64,000 nt of DNA from Macrostomum hystrix (GCA_950097015.1 CATNEN010000039.1:18662001-18726000); one strand, 5' to 3'. Positions 23,519 to 50,057 are shown, counted from the stretch's first letter. Made by a program: numbers and translations. The notes: generated by a model from the letters alone, not told the origin.

Positions 23519-26500
23519 ATGGGTGAAGGCCTACAAATTGGAGCTACAGGATGGACAAGCCTAATAACAGTGTTTGTTCTTGGTCTTGCCTGGATTGCTG
23601 GATTTAGTTCAAGGCTTTTTAGTGTCATCAGATATGAAAGTATTATTCACGAGTTTGACCCCTGGTTTAACTACCGTGCAACTGCTCATATGGTGGAAAA
23701 TGGCTTTTATGACTTCCTGAACTGGTTTGATGAAAGAGCTTGGTATCCTTTAGGTCGTATTGTTGGTGGCACAGTATATCCTGGACTAATGGTTACTTCT
23801 GGTAAGTCATGCTACTTAATTTGCTTTTTGTATCTAAATTAGCTGTTTATATTTAACTACCCATTATTTATTGACAGCTTATTCCCATGGTCCTGTGCCG
23901 ATAATTTCAAATTTATCCACACTGATCAGTGCCAATAATTTTCTGCTTATCCACATAGCAGCTTGTATGAATAGGTCTAAAACTCTTTATATATGCCATG
24001 CCGTTAATTTCAGTTTAATCCACTCGGTTCTGTTCTTTGAAACAAGGCCCTTTCAGGTTTGAACGTTTTGCTGAACCCTCGAGCCAATAGATTGACAACT
24101 AGTGTGTTACGACAGTGTTACTACATTTTGATCTACACATTCATTAACCAACATGAATGTCATCCTATTTTATTTTTGTAATAGGGTAATGTATCATCAA
24201 CCAAACAAGAATGTGTATTTTTTAACTTCAAACCTACGCTACAGATTTTCTATTTAAGATATCTGCTAAAGTATCTGCTTTTGCTATTTTATCAAATAGA
24301 AAAAAGTTATTCCTGCTTTTTATCTAAAACTAAACAATGAGTTTCATGTATCTTCAAACCAAACAGAGAATTTGATGTTTGGTTTTACGATTTGAGTGAG
24401 TGGTTTAATCTTATTTTAAGGAGTGAACTATCATGAATTATGTAATTTGAAAGCATTTTTCATGCTCTATAAATAACTAAATTTATGGTCATTTAATTGG
24501 CAAGCAACCACATACAATCTTCATCTAAAGTACATACTGAAAAAAATGTTAAAAGTATGCTTTTGCAATAAAAAATTCTACTGAAAAATCAATATCTTTC
24601 TTTCCTCTTAATGCTTCATTGCACATCATGCCTCAGCTTGTAGATAATTTCTTCAACTTTCAAATTAGTTGTTCTGTGAAACACAATAGCTTGTTTCTGT
24701 CTTGCACGAGACTTCTTGCAAAGAAGTCAAAATTCTTGTTCGGTTTTGAAGATACACTGTTTGGTTGATGTTACATTACAATAGCAACTTACTAAATCTT
24801 TTGTCATCATTAGGTGTTTTCATTCGAATTGTATTGACTTAGAAACATACATGCGCAACCTCCCAAATCTTAGCCGGCCGTGTGACTTAGTTTTTGCTCT
24901 CATTTGCAACTTAGTTCATTTCATTGCTCTATTTACGACTTAGTTTGCTCTCATTTGCTCTCTTTTTCTCTCCCCTTTTTCCTTTTCTTCACACCTTCCT
25001 TTTTTGTCCCTTGGTCCCCCCTTTGATTTTTTTGCGCTTGGTCTATTGGTTTTTGCAACTTACCTTGCTTGGCCCTCGTTTCACCCAGCCGGTTTGGCCG
25101 GGTCGGCCGGGTGTTACGCATGTATGCTTAGAAAGTAAGAAGTCAATCAAAGAAAATCATAAAAGTCAACCAGCAGAATTCTAGTCAGCACCAAACTCGT
25201 CATACATATTATACATCATTGTTATTATTTTACACTATGCATTGATAGTGTACACTATACACTATACTCTGAAGCAAAAGCCTTATGCTCAGAAAAGAAT
25301 AGGTTGGGACTTGAAAGTAGACCTATTTCTACAAGCTGCCGTGTGGATAAGCAGAAAATTATGGGCACGGATCCATGTGGATAAAATTGAAATTATAGGC
25401 ACCGGACCATGGGAATAAGCACTTCCTTATATATTTTAGCAGAATGGCTAATTATGTGTATTGACTAGCATTTGACTGAAGCCACATTGACATTATATAG
25501 CTATAGATAAAGCTGTTGTGAGTGTAGCTTTTGCCACAATATATATATCAACATATGTCGTAGGGCTAATTAATCCTACTGCTGTTACCAAAGTTGTCGT
25601 AGGGCTATCTTTCTTACTAAACTCTTAATTCTAACAATGCCACCAAAGTTGTTGCAGGGTTATTTTACAATAGGTAATATTTTACTGAATATCACCAGAG
25701 TTGTCATAGTGCTTATACACTTTATTCAAATACTGTCTTTATGTCAATCTTATGAATGTCTTTAATTATTTGCTTTATGCACTTCTTATTTCAATTCAAA
25801 TTTGTTAGTGTTTATGTATTTAATCTGTTAGCATTATATGTTCAATATGGCCATTATTTATCCTCTATAGTCACTTCTACTTATAACTTTACTGCATTAT
25901 TTCTATAAGTACTCTTTATTGGTATTTATCCATCTTTTATCAGTCTTTCTCACTCTTCAATTACTCTTCAATCTATCTTCAATTCAATCTTCAGTTCATC
26001 TTGGGCTTTACCAGTGGATCTAGATTTACAGCTCTCTCTTACTCAGTTTACTTCTCTTTTGCAATGTCTCTTTCAAATAACTTCAACACAAACACTTCAA
26101 GAAAAAGTCAAATAATCATATCAGATAGATGTGTTTTTGGAATCTTACTTTTGAAATACAAGAAACATTTATGTGTTGGTAGACAGATCAGTTCCAAGGT
26201 CAAGATGATAATCAATTGTATTATTGTCGCAGATATCTATTTGACACACTTTGATAGCACATGCTAATTGGAATTTCAATTTAGTTAAATTAGTGGCACT
26301 AACAAAATATTATATGTGTTGTAGTAGTGCATTCAAATTTAGCAGTAATAAGTGCTCATCACTCTGACCATATAACAATATTTTATTTATAATTATAGTC
26401 TTGTACAGATGGAATATATATTCAGTATTCAGATTCCATATTTACAAAGTTGCTGCTGTAATTTACTGGTTTATATTTATAGTAGATAAATATATATATT

Positions 26501-29500
26501 TTTACCTAGTACAAAAAATAATTGTGCACATATTCATTACACAAATGTCTAAGAAAGCTGTGCATGATGTAGAAATTAAGATTTATTTTTTTATCACTAA
26601 GTTGTGAATTTTAATTTAGGGTGTAAGGTACTAGTGTTAGGACCTTCCAATTATTTCTGCACAGTGTTCATTCCACAAATTTTGTTCTAGCTGCAGGGAC
26701 TTGTTGTTTCCTTAAGATTTGGATTTTAAGACTTTCGTCGATAAGAAAAAAATTCTCTAGTCTTTTCAGATTGATTTTCTCCTTGCTAAATTCATACATT
26801 ATTATTCACCACAGGCTTCATCCACTACATACTAAGCCTGCTGCACATTCCTGTGCACATTCGCGAAGTATGCGTCTTCTTGGCGCCAATTTTCAGTGGC
26901 ATGACAGCAATTGCCACCTACCTGCTGACTAAGGAGCTTTGGAATGGCGGTGCTGGATTGTTTGCCGCATGCTTCATCGCTATTGGTCAGCATTTATTCC
27001 AATGTTTTTTTGCTTACATTTAAGTTCAGGAGTATAAAAGTTTGACCCAGAAGGTGTTTAGCTCGAATTTCTGTAGAAATTGTAATTATCATTATAATTC
27101 ATAGCTGGAATCGCAGCAGGATTCGTAGCTAGAATCGAAGCAGGATTTTTAGCTAGAATCGTAGCCAGAATCGCAGCAGGATTCATAGCTGGAATTGCAG
27201 CAGAAATCGTAGTTAAAATGGCAGCAGAATCCATACTTGGAATCGCAGCAGGAATCGTAGCTAGAATCGCAGCAGAATCTATACTTGGAATCGCAGCGGG
27301 ATCCATACTTGGAATCGCAGCAGAAATCGTAGCTAGAATCTCAGCATTATCCATTGCTGGAATCGCAGCAGGAATCGTAGCTAGAATCGCAGCAGAATCT
27401 ATACTTGGAATCGCAGCGGGATCCATACTTGGAATCGCAGCAGAAATCGTAGCTAGAATCTCAGCATTATCCATTGCTGGAATCGCAGCAGGAATCGGAA
27501 CTAGAATCGCCACAAATCATAGCTGAGATCGCAGCAGCAAACTTACTATCGTTTAACCATACTGACTACCATTTCAATTAACCCAGTGCCCGGTTACATC
27601 AGCCGCTCCGTAGCCGGCAGCTACGACAATGAGGGTATCGCCATATTCGCCCTAATGTTCACCTACTATCTGTGGATTAAAGCCGTTAAGACTGGCACCA
27701 TCTTCTGGGCGGCCATGGCCGCAGTGTCCTATTTCTACATGGTTGGTGCCTGGGGCGGCTACGTGTTCATCATCAACCTGGTCCCGCTGCACGTTTTCGT
27801 GCTCCTAGTGATGCAGCGCTACTCAGCCAAGATTTATGTCGCCTATACTACATTCTTCATCTTGGGCCTACTGCTTAGCATGCAGATTCCGTTTGTTGGC
27901 TTTCAACCGATTCGCACTAGCGAACACATGGCCAGCGCCGGCGTGTTTGTTCTGCTTCAGGCTTATGCCGCCCTGCGCTATTTGCAGCACAGCCTAACTA
28001 AGAGCCAGTTTAGGCACTTCTTCTTCTTGGCTGCTGTAAGATCATTGTTCTTTATTATAATGGGATTTTTTAGCTAATCTGAGCCTCTTGAGCCCCATAT
28101 CTTTTGATTGTTAATCCTAAAATCCATAGCTTATTAATCCACTAATCCATAGGTTGATAATCCACCGATACATGGGTTGATAATCCTCTAATCCATTGTT
28201 TATCAGTTTACTAATCCATAGGCTTATAATGCACTAATGAATGGGTTGATAATCCACTATCCATGTGTTTATTATCCACTAATCGATGGGTTGATAATCC
28301 ACTAAAGCATGGGTTGATAATCCGCCAATACAGGGGTTGATAATCCACCAATACAGGTTGATAATCCACCGATACATCGTTGATAATCCTCTAATCCATT
28401 GTTTATCACTTTACTAATCCATGTGTTGATTATCCACTAATCGATGGTTTGATTATCCACTAATCGATGGTTTGATTATCCAATAATCGATGGGTTGATT
28501 ATCCACTAATCGATGGTTTGATTATCCAATAATCGATGGGTTGATTATCCACTAATCGATAGATTGATTATCCAATAATCGATGGGTTGATTATTCAATA
28601 ATCGATGGTTTGATTATCCACTAATCGATGGGTTGATTATTCAATAATCGATGGGTTGATTATTCAATAATCGATGGTTTGATTATCCACTAATCGATGG
28701 GTTGATTATCCAATAATCGATGGTTTGATTATCCAATAATCGATGGGTTGATTATTCAATAATCGATGGTTTGATTATCCACTAATCGATGGGTTGATTA
28801 TTCAATAATCGATGGGTTGATTATTCAATAATCGATGGTTTGATTATCCACTAATCGATGGGTTGATTATTCAATAATCGATGGTTTGATTATCCACTAA
28901 TCGATGGGTTGATTATCCACTAATCGATGGTTTGATTATCCACTAATCGATGGGTTGATTATCCACTAATCGATGGGTTGATTATCCACTAATCGATGGG
29001 TTGATTATCCAATAATCGATGGGTTGATTATCCACTAATCGATGGGTTGATTATCCCCTAATCGATAGGTTGATTATTCAATAATCGATGGGTTGATTAT
29101 TCAATAATCGATGGTTTGATTATCCACTAATCGATGGGTTGATTATTCAATAATCGATGGTTTGATTATCCACTAATCGATGGGTTGATTATCCACTAAT
29201 CGATGGGTTGATTATCCACTAATCGATGGGTTGATTATCCACTAATCGATGGGTTGATTATCCAATAATCGATGGGTTGATTATCCACTAATCGATGGGT
29301 TGATTATCCCCTAATCGATAGGTTGATTATTCAATAATCGATGGGTTGATTATCCCCTAATCGATGGGTTGATTATCCCCTAATCGATGGGTTGATAATC
29401 CACTAATCCATGGGTTGATAATCCACTAATCCATGGGTTGATAATCCACTAATCTATTGTGGATTCTATGAAGCTATGAAGCACACTTCATAGGTCGTTA

Positions 29501-32500
29501 ATCAATTAACCAATGAGGCAGTTAGTATAATACTCAACAAAGTCATTTAGTATTAGCACACTAATCAACTGGTTACCAAGTATTTTAGCCCTGTCTACGC
29601 GTTTAAAACGCACTAATAATCCCTTTCACTTACTTATATTATTGTTTCAACTCAGATCGCATCAGCTGGTCTAGTGTTCGCCGCTGTTGTTGCCCTCACC
29701 TACCTGGGCTACGTGGCCCCATGGAGCGGCCGTTTCTACTCTCTTTGGGACACCGGCTATGCCAAGATTCACATCCCGATCATTGCTAGCGTGTCCGAGC
29801 ATCAGCCAACGCCATGGGTTAGCTTCTTCTTCGATTTGCACATCCTAGTTTGCGTTTATCCAGCCGGCGCCTGGTTCTGCATCCGCGAATTAAACGACGA
29901 ACGCGTTTTCATAGTGCTGTACGCCATCTTTGCCTCCTATTTCGCTGGCGTTATGGTCCGCCTGATGCTAACCCTGACACCCTGCGTCTGTGTACTGGCG
30001 GCCATCGCCTTCTCTCGCCTATTCGACATCTATTTGAAGGACGAAGCTGAGCCCGGCTCTGCTACTGTCGGCGATTCTGGCGCCGCTTCTATTGGCGCCG
30101 GCGCTACTGGCGCCGCTACCGTCGGCGGCAGTAATCGACGCCAGCTCGCATCGGCCGTGTCAGCCTCGTCAGCTTCGTCTGTGTCCGCTTCGCCTACTGG
30201 CGCCGGCTCGTCGGATTCTCGCGGTCTCTACGACAAGCCTAAGACTAAGCAGAGAGGCGACAGCGGCTCCTCCGCTGTTAGCGCCGCTGGACAGCAGGTC
30301 AGCTTTGGCGCCTCATTTAGGGATTGTCTGACTCGATTTCTGTTTTCCTATATCCTTCGTATTTTAAACCATAATTTTTCCCTAATCGTTATGGTAAATA
30401 CACCTCCCCAATCCCTATTCCTCAGATTTAATTGTCCGGAATCCGAGCCGTCCGGTTGAATTCTCATTTTTCCAGATCATCAAGGTGCAAACGGTTATCC
30501 TAGATCCTCAGATTTAAGCCTCCATTATCCCAGATCCTCAGATTCAAGCCTCCATTATCCCAGATCCTCAGATTTAAGCCTCCATTATCCCAGATCCTCA
30601 GATTTAAGCCTCCATTATCCCAGATCATCAGATTCAAGCCTCCATTATCACAGATCCTCATATTCAAGCCTCCATTATCCCAGATCCTCAGATTCAAGCC
30701 TCCATTATCCCAGATCCTCATATTCAAGCCTCCATTATCCTAGATCCTCAGATTCAAGCCTCCATTATCCCAGATCCTCAGATTCAAGCCTCCATTATCA
30801 CAGATCCTCAGATTCAAGCCTCCATTATCCCAGATCCTCAGATTCAAGCCTCCATTATCCCAGATCCTCATATTCAAGCCTCCATTATCCTAGATCCTCA
30901 GATTCAAGCCTCCATTATCCCAGATTCTCAGATTCAAGCCTCCATTATCACAGATCCTCAGATTCAAGCCTCCATTATCCCAGATCCTCAGATTCAAGCC
31001 TCCATTATCCGTTTAAACGTTACTTTCGTATCCTTGATCCTTAAAACCAAATTCCTTAGCAAATTGTCAACAATTTCTTGGAAATACCGCAGGGCGATCG
31101 TCGCGACGATGAAGTGATCGGCATGAATGTGAAGTCCATAGTCCTGCTAGTGTTTGTCGTTGTCATCCTGCTATTCTGCATGCACTGCACCTGGGTCACC
31201 TCCAATGCCTACTCATCGCCTAGCATTGTGCTGGCTAGCTACAACCAGGACGGTTCCAGGGTCATTCTTGACGACTTCCGTGAGGCATACTATTGGCTGC
31301 GCAGAAATACGCATGATCGTGCCCGCGTTATGAGTTGGTAAGCTTGTCATTGTACACATGAACTAATTCAATTATCTCCCTATAATAGATTCTACAGATT
31401 ACTCTACATAATTACTCTCCTATTTCATTTTACTCAATTTCTCATTGACCCGATCACTTATTACCGAATTCCTCATTACCTAGTTCCCCATCACTCGATT
31501 TCTCATCACTCAAATTCCCCATTACTCAATACCCCATTACCTTACTCCCCATTACTCAATTCCCCATTACTCAATTCCCCATTACCTAGCTCCCCATTAC
31601 TCAATTCCCCATTACCTAGCTCCCCATTACTCAATTCCCCATTACCTAGCTCCCCATTACTCACTTCCCCATTACACAATACCCCATTACCTAGCTCCCC
31701 ATTACGTAGCTCCCCATTACCTAGCTCCCCATTACCTAGCTCCCCATTACCTAGCTCCCCATTACCTAGCTCCCTAATACTCAATTCCCCATTACTAAAT
31801 TCCCCATTACTCAATTTCCCATTACTCAATTCCCTATTACTCAATTTCCCATTACTCAATTCCCCATTACTCAATTCCCTATTACTAAATTCCCGATTAC
31901 TAAATTCCCCATTACTCAATTTCCCATTACTCAATTCCCTATTACTCAATTCCCCATTACTAAATTCCCCATTACTCAATTCCCCATTACTAAATTCCCC
32001 ATTACTCAATTCCCTATTACTCAATTTCCCATTACTCAATTCCCTATTACTCAATTCCCCATTACTCAATTCCCGATTACTAAATTCCCCATTACTCAAT
32101 TTCCCATTACTCAATTCCCTATTACTCAATTCCCCATTACTCAATTCCCCATTACTCAATTTCCCATTACTCAATTCCCTATTACTCAATTCCCCATTAC
32201 TCAATTCCCCATTACTCAATTCCCCATTACTAAATTCCCCATTACTCAATTTCCCATTACTCAATTCCCTATTACTAAATTCCCGATTACTAAATTCCCC
32301 ATTATTCAATTTCCCATTACTCAATTCCCTATTACTCAATTCCCCATTAGTAAATTCCCTATTACTCAATTCCCCATTACTCAATTCCCGATTACTAAAT
32401 TCCCCATTACTCAATTTCCCATTACTCAATTCCCTATTACTCAATTCCCCATTACTCAATTCCCCATTACTCAATTTCCCATTACTCAATTCCCTATTAC

Positions 32501-33381
32501 TCAATTCCCCATTACTCAATTCCCCATTACTCAATTTCCCATTACTCAATTCCCTATTACTAAATTCCCGATTACTAAATTCCCCATTACTCAATTTCCC
32601 ATTACTTTCCCCCATTACCTAGCTCCCAATTCCCTGGTTTCCAATTAACTGGTCCCCCATTACTCAACCGATTACTGAACTATTGCTCATTCAAGTAACT
32701 ATGCTAGTCTTGACCATTTAACCAAACAGGTGGGACTATGGCTACCAAATTGCCGGCATGGCGAATCGTACCACCCTAGTTGACAATAACACCTGGAATA
32801 ATAGCCACATTGCCCTAGTTGGCAAGGCTATGGCTAGCAATGAGACTGAGGCCTATAAGATTATGCGCATGCTGGATGTAGACTATGTACTAGTGATATT
32901 CGGCGGTGTTATTGGCTACTCAGGCGACGATATTAACAAATTCCTGTGGATGGTTCGCATCGCTGAAGGCGAACATCCGCGCGACATCAAAGAGAGCGAC
33001 TATTTCACGCCGCAGGGCGAGTATAAGATTGACGGCTCGGCTTCTCAAACTATGCTCAACTCGCTAATGTACAAGATGAGCTATTATAGATTCGGAGAGA
33101 TGCAGACTGACTTTCGGACACCGCCAGGCTACGATAGAACTCGCAATGCCGAGATTGGGCGCAAGCATTTCACACTGAAGCACCTGGAGGAGGCATTTAC
33201 GTCCGAGCACTGGATGGTTCGCATCTACAAGGTTAAACAGCCTCCGAATCGGGACAAAATCGAGCAACCGAAGTCGCGAGTTCGAGTCTTCAATTCGCGC
33301 AAAACGCTTAGCAACAAAGTTGGCACGCTGCGCGCCAAGCCCACTGTTGTTCGGGGCAGGAAACCGGCTAGGAATCGTTGA
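23519..33381 (+). CDS. STT3B: Oligosaccharyltransferase catalytic subunit STT3B (6 exons, ~813 aa)
   Basis: Exons 23519-23801, 26815-26985, 27587-28035, 29656-30297, 31093-31337, 32730-33381 (intron phases 1,1,0,0,2). Motifs: [35 protein letters not shown] (split by intron 5), [28 protein letters not shown] (B-type). Confidence 0.96.
24182..24783. mobile_element. MITE, copy 2 (same family and orientation as 21938-22596)
   Basis: Same TIR and internal sequence. Confidence 0.85.
24846..25126. mobile_element. hAT-type MITE with perfect 8-bp TSD
   Basis: TIR catacatgcg(c/t)aac; CTTAGAAA at 24838-24845 and 25127-25134. Confidence 0.85.
25556..25715 (-). mobile_element. 3' part of a second LTR of the 21069-21929 family (three PBS units plus LTR end)
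   Basis: Reverse complement reads caactctggtgatattcagt, accctgcaacaactttggtggcatt, gccctacgacaactttggtaacagcagtaggat, then terminal gccctacgaCA; far end not located. Confidence 0.55.
27097..27538. repeat. 12-bp-based minisatellite (gaatcgcagcag) with an exact 120-bp higher-order duplication, STT3B intron 2
   Basis: 27241-27360 identical to 27361-27480. Confidence 0.93.
28130..29460. repeat. 23-bp minisatellite (gattatccactaatcgatgggtt), STT3B intron 3
   Basis: 23-bp period. Confidence 0.96.
30495..31010. repeat. 30-bp minisatellite (cagatcctcagattcaagcctccattatcc), STT3B intron 4
   Basis: 17 units. Confidence 0.97.
31460..32630. repeat. 15-bp minisatellite (tccccattactcaat), STT3B intron 5
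   Basis: 15-bp period. Confidence 0.97.
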
Positions 33382-34444
33382 TAATAATAATCCCATTGTG
33401 CGGATTAGTGCGGGATTTCCGTGTTTAGAATTGTTATTAGATAGACTTCGCCTAAGGTTAGTTTATTTCTATTTCATTCATCTCTAAGTTCCTATTTGTG
33501 TCTCTGCCTATCTAGTTCTTTTGTTTACTTGTTTAGCTTCGTTTCTGTTGTTCGCGTCTGCTTGTTTTCGCCGGTTAACAAAAAAGCTGCAAATGCCTAA
33601 TTAAAAAAACGTTTTTCCTACCTACCTTTGTACTCCAACTGCTTAACTACAGAACCAAATAAAAAAACTAAATAAATAGGACACTTCATTCTTTGTCATT
33701 CCTCGTAGTTTGTTGTCTATTGAAAATAAATTGCTTCGAATTGCTTTAGATACTACTTATCATTGAGTAGTAGTAGTGCATCGGATGCTTGATAGACAGA
33801 ACACTATCCTATTATACGGGGTAAAAAAGTTCTTAGCCATTATTAATTATATAGCTTCAAGTGCAACCCTCTGTCTGTTGTCCTTCGTCAGAAAGGCAAA
33901 ATATCCCTTAAAATGTTATATTTTCCTTTGCCTCTATCGTTGCTTTTTATTGCCTAATAGGATTTAATCACAGTAAACAGAAAAATAATTTGTCTAACCT
34001 TTGTTCGGATAAAAACTAAAACTTTTGTTCGTGTGCCAATTGTCCCTTTTGAGAAAGATTGGAATCCATTAAAACTCATACGTGTATCCTAGCACAAGAG
34101 TTTACTGTTCTCTTTTTATTTAGAAAAAATTACTTTTTATGTTTCTTAGCACACTATTAATTATCTTCGGGTTCAAGACCTTCTGCTAGCTTCTGTCCTT
34201 GTTGTTCAGTTTCTGCTCTTCTGTCTTTTTTGGAATATAATTAACAATATACTTTAGGTTATGTGTAAAAGCAAAATAATGCATTGTCAAAATTTGTTTT
34301 AAATATGCAAATAAACAAGATCTAATGGGAATGTTGCGCGTTTGCGCGTTTTTCTGTCACTAGTTATAATTAAGAAATTGTAAAACTGATTTCGAGCTTT
34401 CTTTATTCATTTTTGTGTGCTAAAAATTTTTAAGGACATCTTTT

Positions 34445-36075
34445 ATCCTCCTCATTTGGAGTTACCTAATCTCCCAAATCCTCATTTTGACTTACCTAAT
34501 CTCCCAAATCCTCATTCTGAGTTACCTAATTTCCCAAATCCTCATTTCGAGTTACCTAATCTCCCAAATCCTCATTTTGACTTACCTAATCTCCCAAATC
34601 CTCATTTCGAGTTGCCTAATCTCCTAAATCCTCATTTCGAGTTACCTAATCTCCTAAATCCTCATTTCTAGTTACCTAATCTCCCAAATCCTCATTTCGA
34701 GTTGCCTAATCTCCCAAATCCTCATTTCGAGTTACCTGATCTCCCAAATCCTCATTTCGAGTTGCCTAATCTCCCAAATCCTCATTTGGAGTTACCTAAT
34801 CTCCCAAATCCTCATTTAGAGTTACCTAATCTCCCCTATCCTCATTTGGAGTTACCTAATCTCCCCTAACCTTCTTTTTGAGTTATCCAACCTCCCAGAT
34901 CCCCAGATTGAGTTATCCAACCTCCCAGATCCCCAGATTGAGTTATCCAACCACTCAGATCCCCAGATTGAGTTATCCAACCACTCAGATCCTCAGATTG
35001 AGTTATCCAACCACTCAGATCCTCAGATTGAGTTATCCAACCACTCAGATCCTCAGATTGAGTTATCCAACCACTCAGATCCTCAGATTGAGTTATCCAA
35101 CCACTCAGATCCTCAGATTGAGTTATCCAACCTCCCAGATCCCCAGATTGAGTTATCCAACCTCCCAGATCCCCAGATTGAGTTATCCAAACTCCCAGAT
35201 CCTCAGATTGAGTTATCCAACCTCCCAGATCCCCAGATTGAGTTATCCAACCACTCAGATCCTCAGATTGAGTTATCCAACCACTCAGATCCTCAGATTG
35301 AGTTATCCAACCTCCCAGATCCTCAGATTGAGTTATCCAACCTCCCAGATCCTCAGATTGAGTTATCCAACCTCCCAGATCCTCAGATTGAGTTATCCAA
35401 CCTCCCAGATCCTCAGATTGAGTTATCCAACCTCCCAGATCCTCAGATTGAGTTATCCAACCACTCAGATCCTCAGATTGAGTATATCCAACCACTCAGA
35501 TCCTCAGATTGAGTTATCCAACCTCCCAGATCCCCAGATTGAGTTATCCAACCTCCCAGATCCTCAGATTGAGTTATCCAACCTCCCAGATCCCCAGATT
35601 GAGTTATCCAACCACTCAGATCCTCAGATTGAGTTATCCAACCACTCAGATCCTCAGATTGAGTTATCCAACCACTCAGATCCTCAGATTGAGTTATCCA
35701 ACCTCCCAGATCCTCAGATTGAGTTATCCAACCTCCCAGATCCTCAGATTGAGTTATCCAACCTCCCAGATCCTCAGATTGAGTTATCCAACCTCCCAGA
35801 TCCTCAGATTGAGTTATCCAACCTCCCAGATCCTCAGATTGAGTTATCCAACCTCCCAGATCCTCAGATTGAGTTATCCAACCTCCCAGATCCTCAGATT
35901 AAGTTATCCAACCTCCCAGATCCTCAGATTGAGTTATCCAACCTCCCAGATCCTCAGATTGAGTTATCCAACCTCCCAGATCCTCAGATTGAGTTATCCA
36001 ACCTCCCAGATCCCCAGATTGAGTTATCCAACCTCCCAGATCCTCAGATTGAGTTATCCAACCTCCCAGATCCCT
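34445..36075. repeat. Two abutting, related 30-bp minisatellites (ctcccaaatcctcatttcgagttacctaat, then cctcccagatcctcagattgagttatccaa)
   Basis: 30-bp period kept across the switch at ~34870. Confidence 0.97.
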
Positions 36076-37236
36076 AGGTTGGCTCAGACTTAATGAGTTT
36101 CAGTCGTAAAACTTTTCGTGATAAAAAATTGTCATTAGTTGCAAGTTGGCAGCAATCCTGCCAAATGCCTTATCTACGTATCTTTCATATATTTTTTCTA
36201 AACTACAAACTAGGCTAGTTGGTATCTATTTTTATAAGCTTACATTTAAATGTACCTTTAAAAAGTAGAAAATGTTAGTTCGATTTCAAACAATGAAGCA
36301 TACAAGTCTGGTTGAAGAAAATAAAGAGCGGATTGTGCAATTAATAACGCTTTTCTGATAGTGAAATTAGCAACAGTTAATTAAATATGGTACATGATTG
36401 TTGAGGTGTGTAAGAGTTCAGCATTGGATACTGCAGTTAACCGCTACCCACTACATAGTGCAGAAATTGTCATAGTGTCAATGGTTTAATCATGTACATT
36501 GTGTACTGTACAGTGCATTAGAAAATGTACTAATAAGTGTATTCTAAAGACAACAATAAGTCAGCTATGGTTGTCAAATTTTGATTGACATAAACATAAA
36601 CTAATTTCTACTAGCGTATTTTGACATCTGCAAGTGGAAAAGCTTCCACTATGAGAATAAATAAACGAAACGATGTTACATAATCTCGTAATCTATATGG
36701 CTCATTCATTGCGGAAAGGAAAACACTAATTATGAAAACAGGCGACATCACAATTGGGTAAGCGTAACCGTAATACAGTAAGTAAAGAGGTTTAATTAAT
36801 CACAAAATTTTCACATGTGTAAGTAACTAATAAGTGGAACGTTAAACTGTTTCAACTTGTAAACATTTGATTTCTAAAAGACTGACGATTACCAAATTAA
36901 TGCATTTTCTAATAATCCTAGTTTGCTTATTTAAAACCAGAGGTGTCAATAGCCTTCCTCCACAATCATTATCTTATCTCTCCTGAGTCATATCTCTCCC
37001 GTCTCTCATCTCACCCTTTTCTAATCTCTCCCTTTTCTCATCTCTCCCTTATCTCATCTCCCCTGAGTCATATCTATATCGTGTTTCATCTCACCCTCAT
37101 CTCATCTCTCCGTTATCTCATCTCTCACCTGCCTCAACTCCCCAGTAAATAGGGCCCGCTATCGTTTTTTGACTGTCTATGGCCCCCAAGGTACACAAGG
37201 TTGCCGACCCGAATTCTAAAGCGAATGCTTTGCTCG

Positions 37237-50057
<12,821 letters not shown>

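Larger units (their letters stand above)
23877..25420. mobile_element. Non-autonomous TIR DNA element (~90-bp TIR) hosting two nested MITEs
   Basis: gcttattcccatggtcc...ttctgcttatccaca...cagcttgt (23877-23967) is inverted at 25331-25420; related end fragment at ~20940-21012. Confidence 0.75.
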
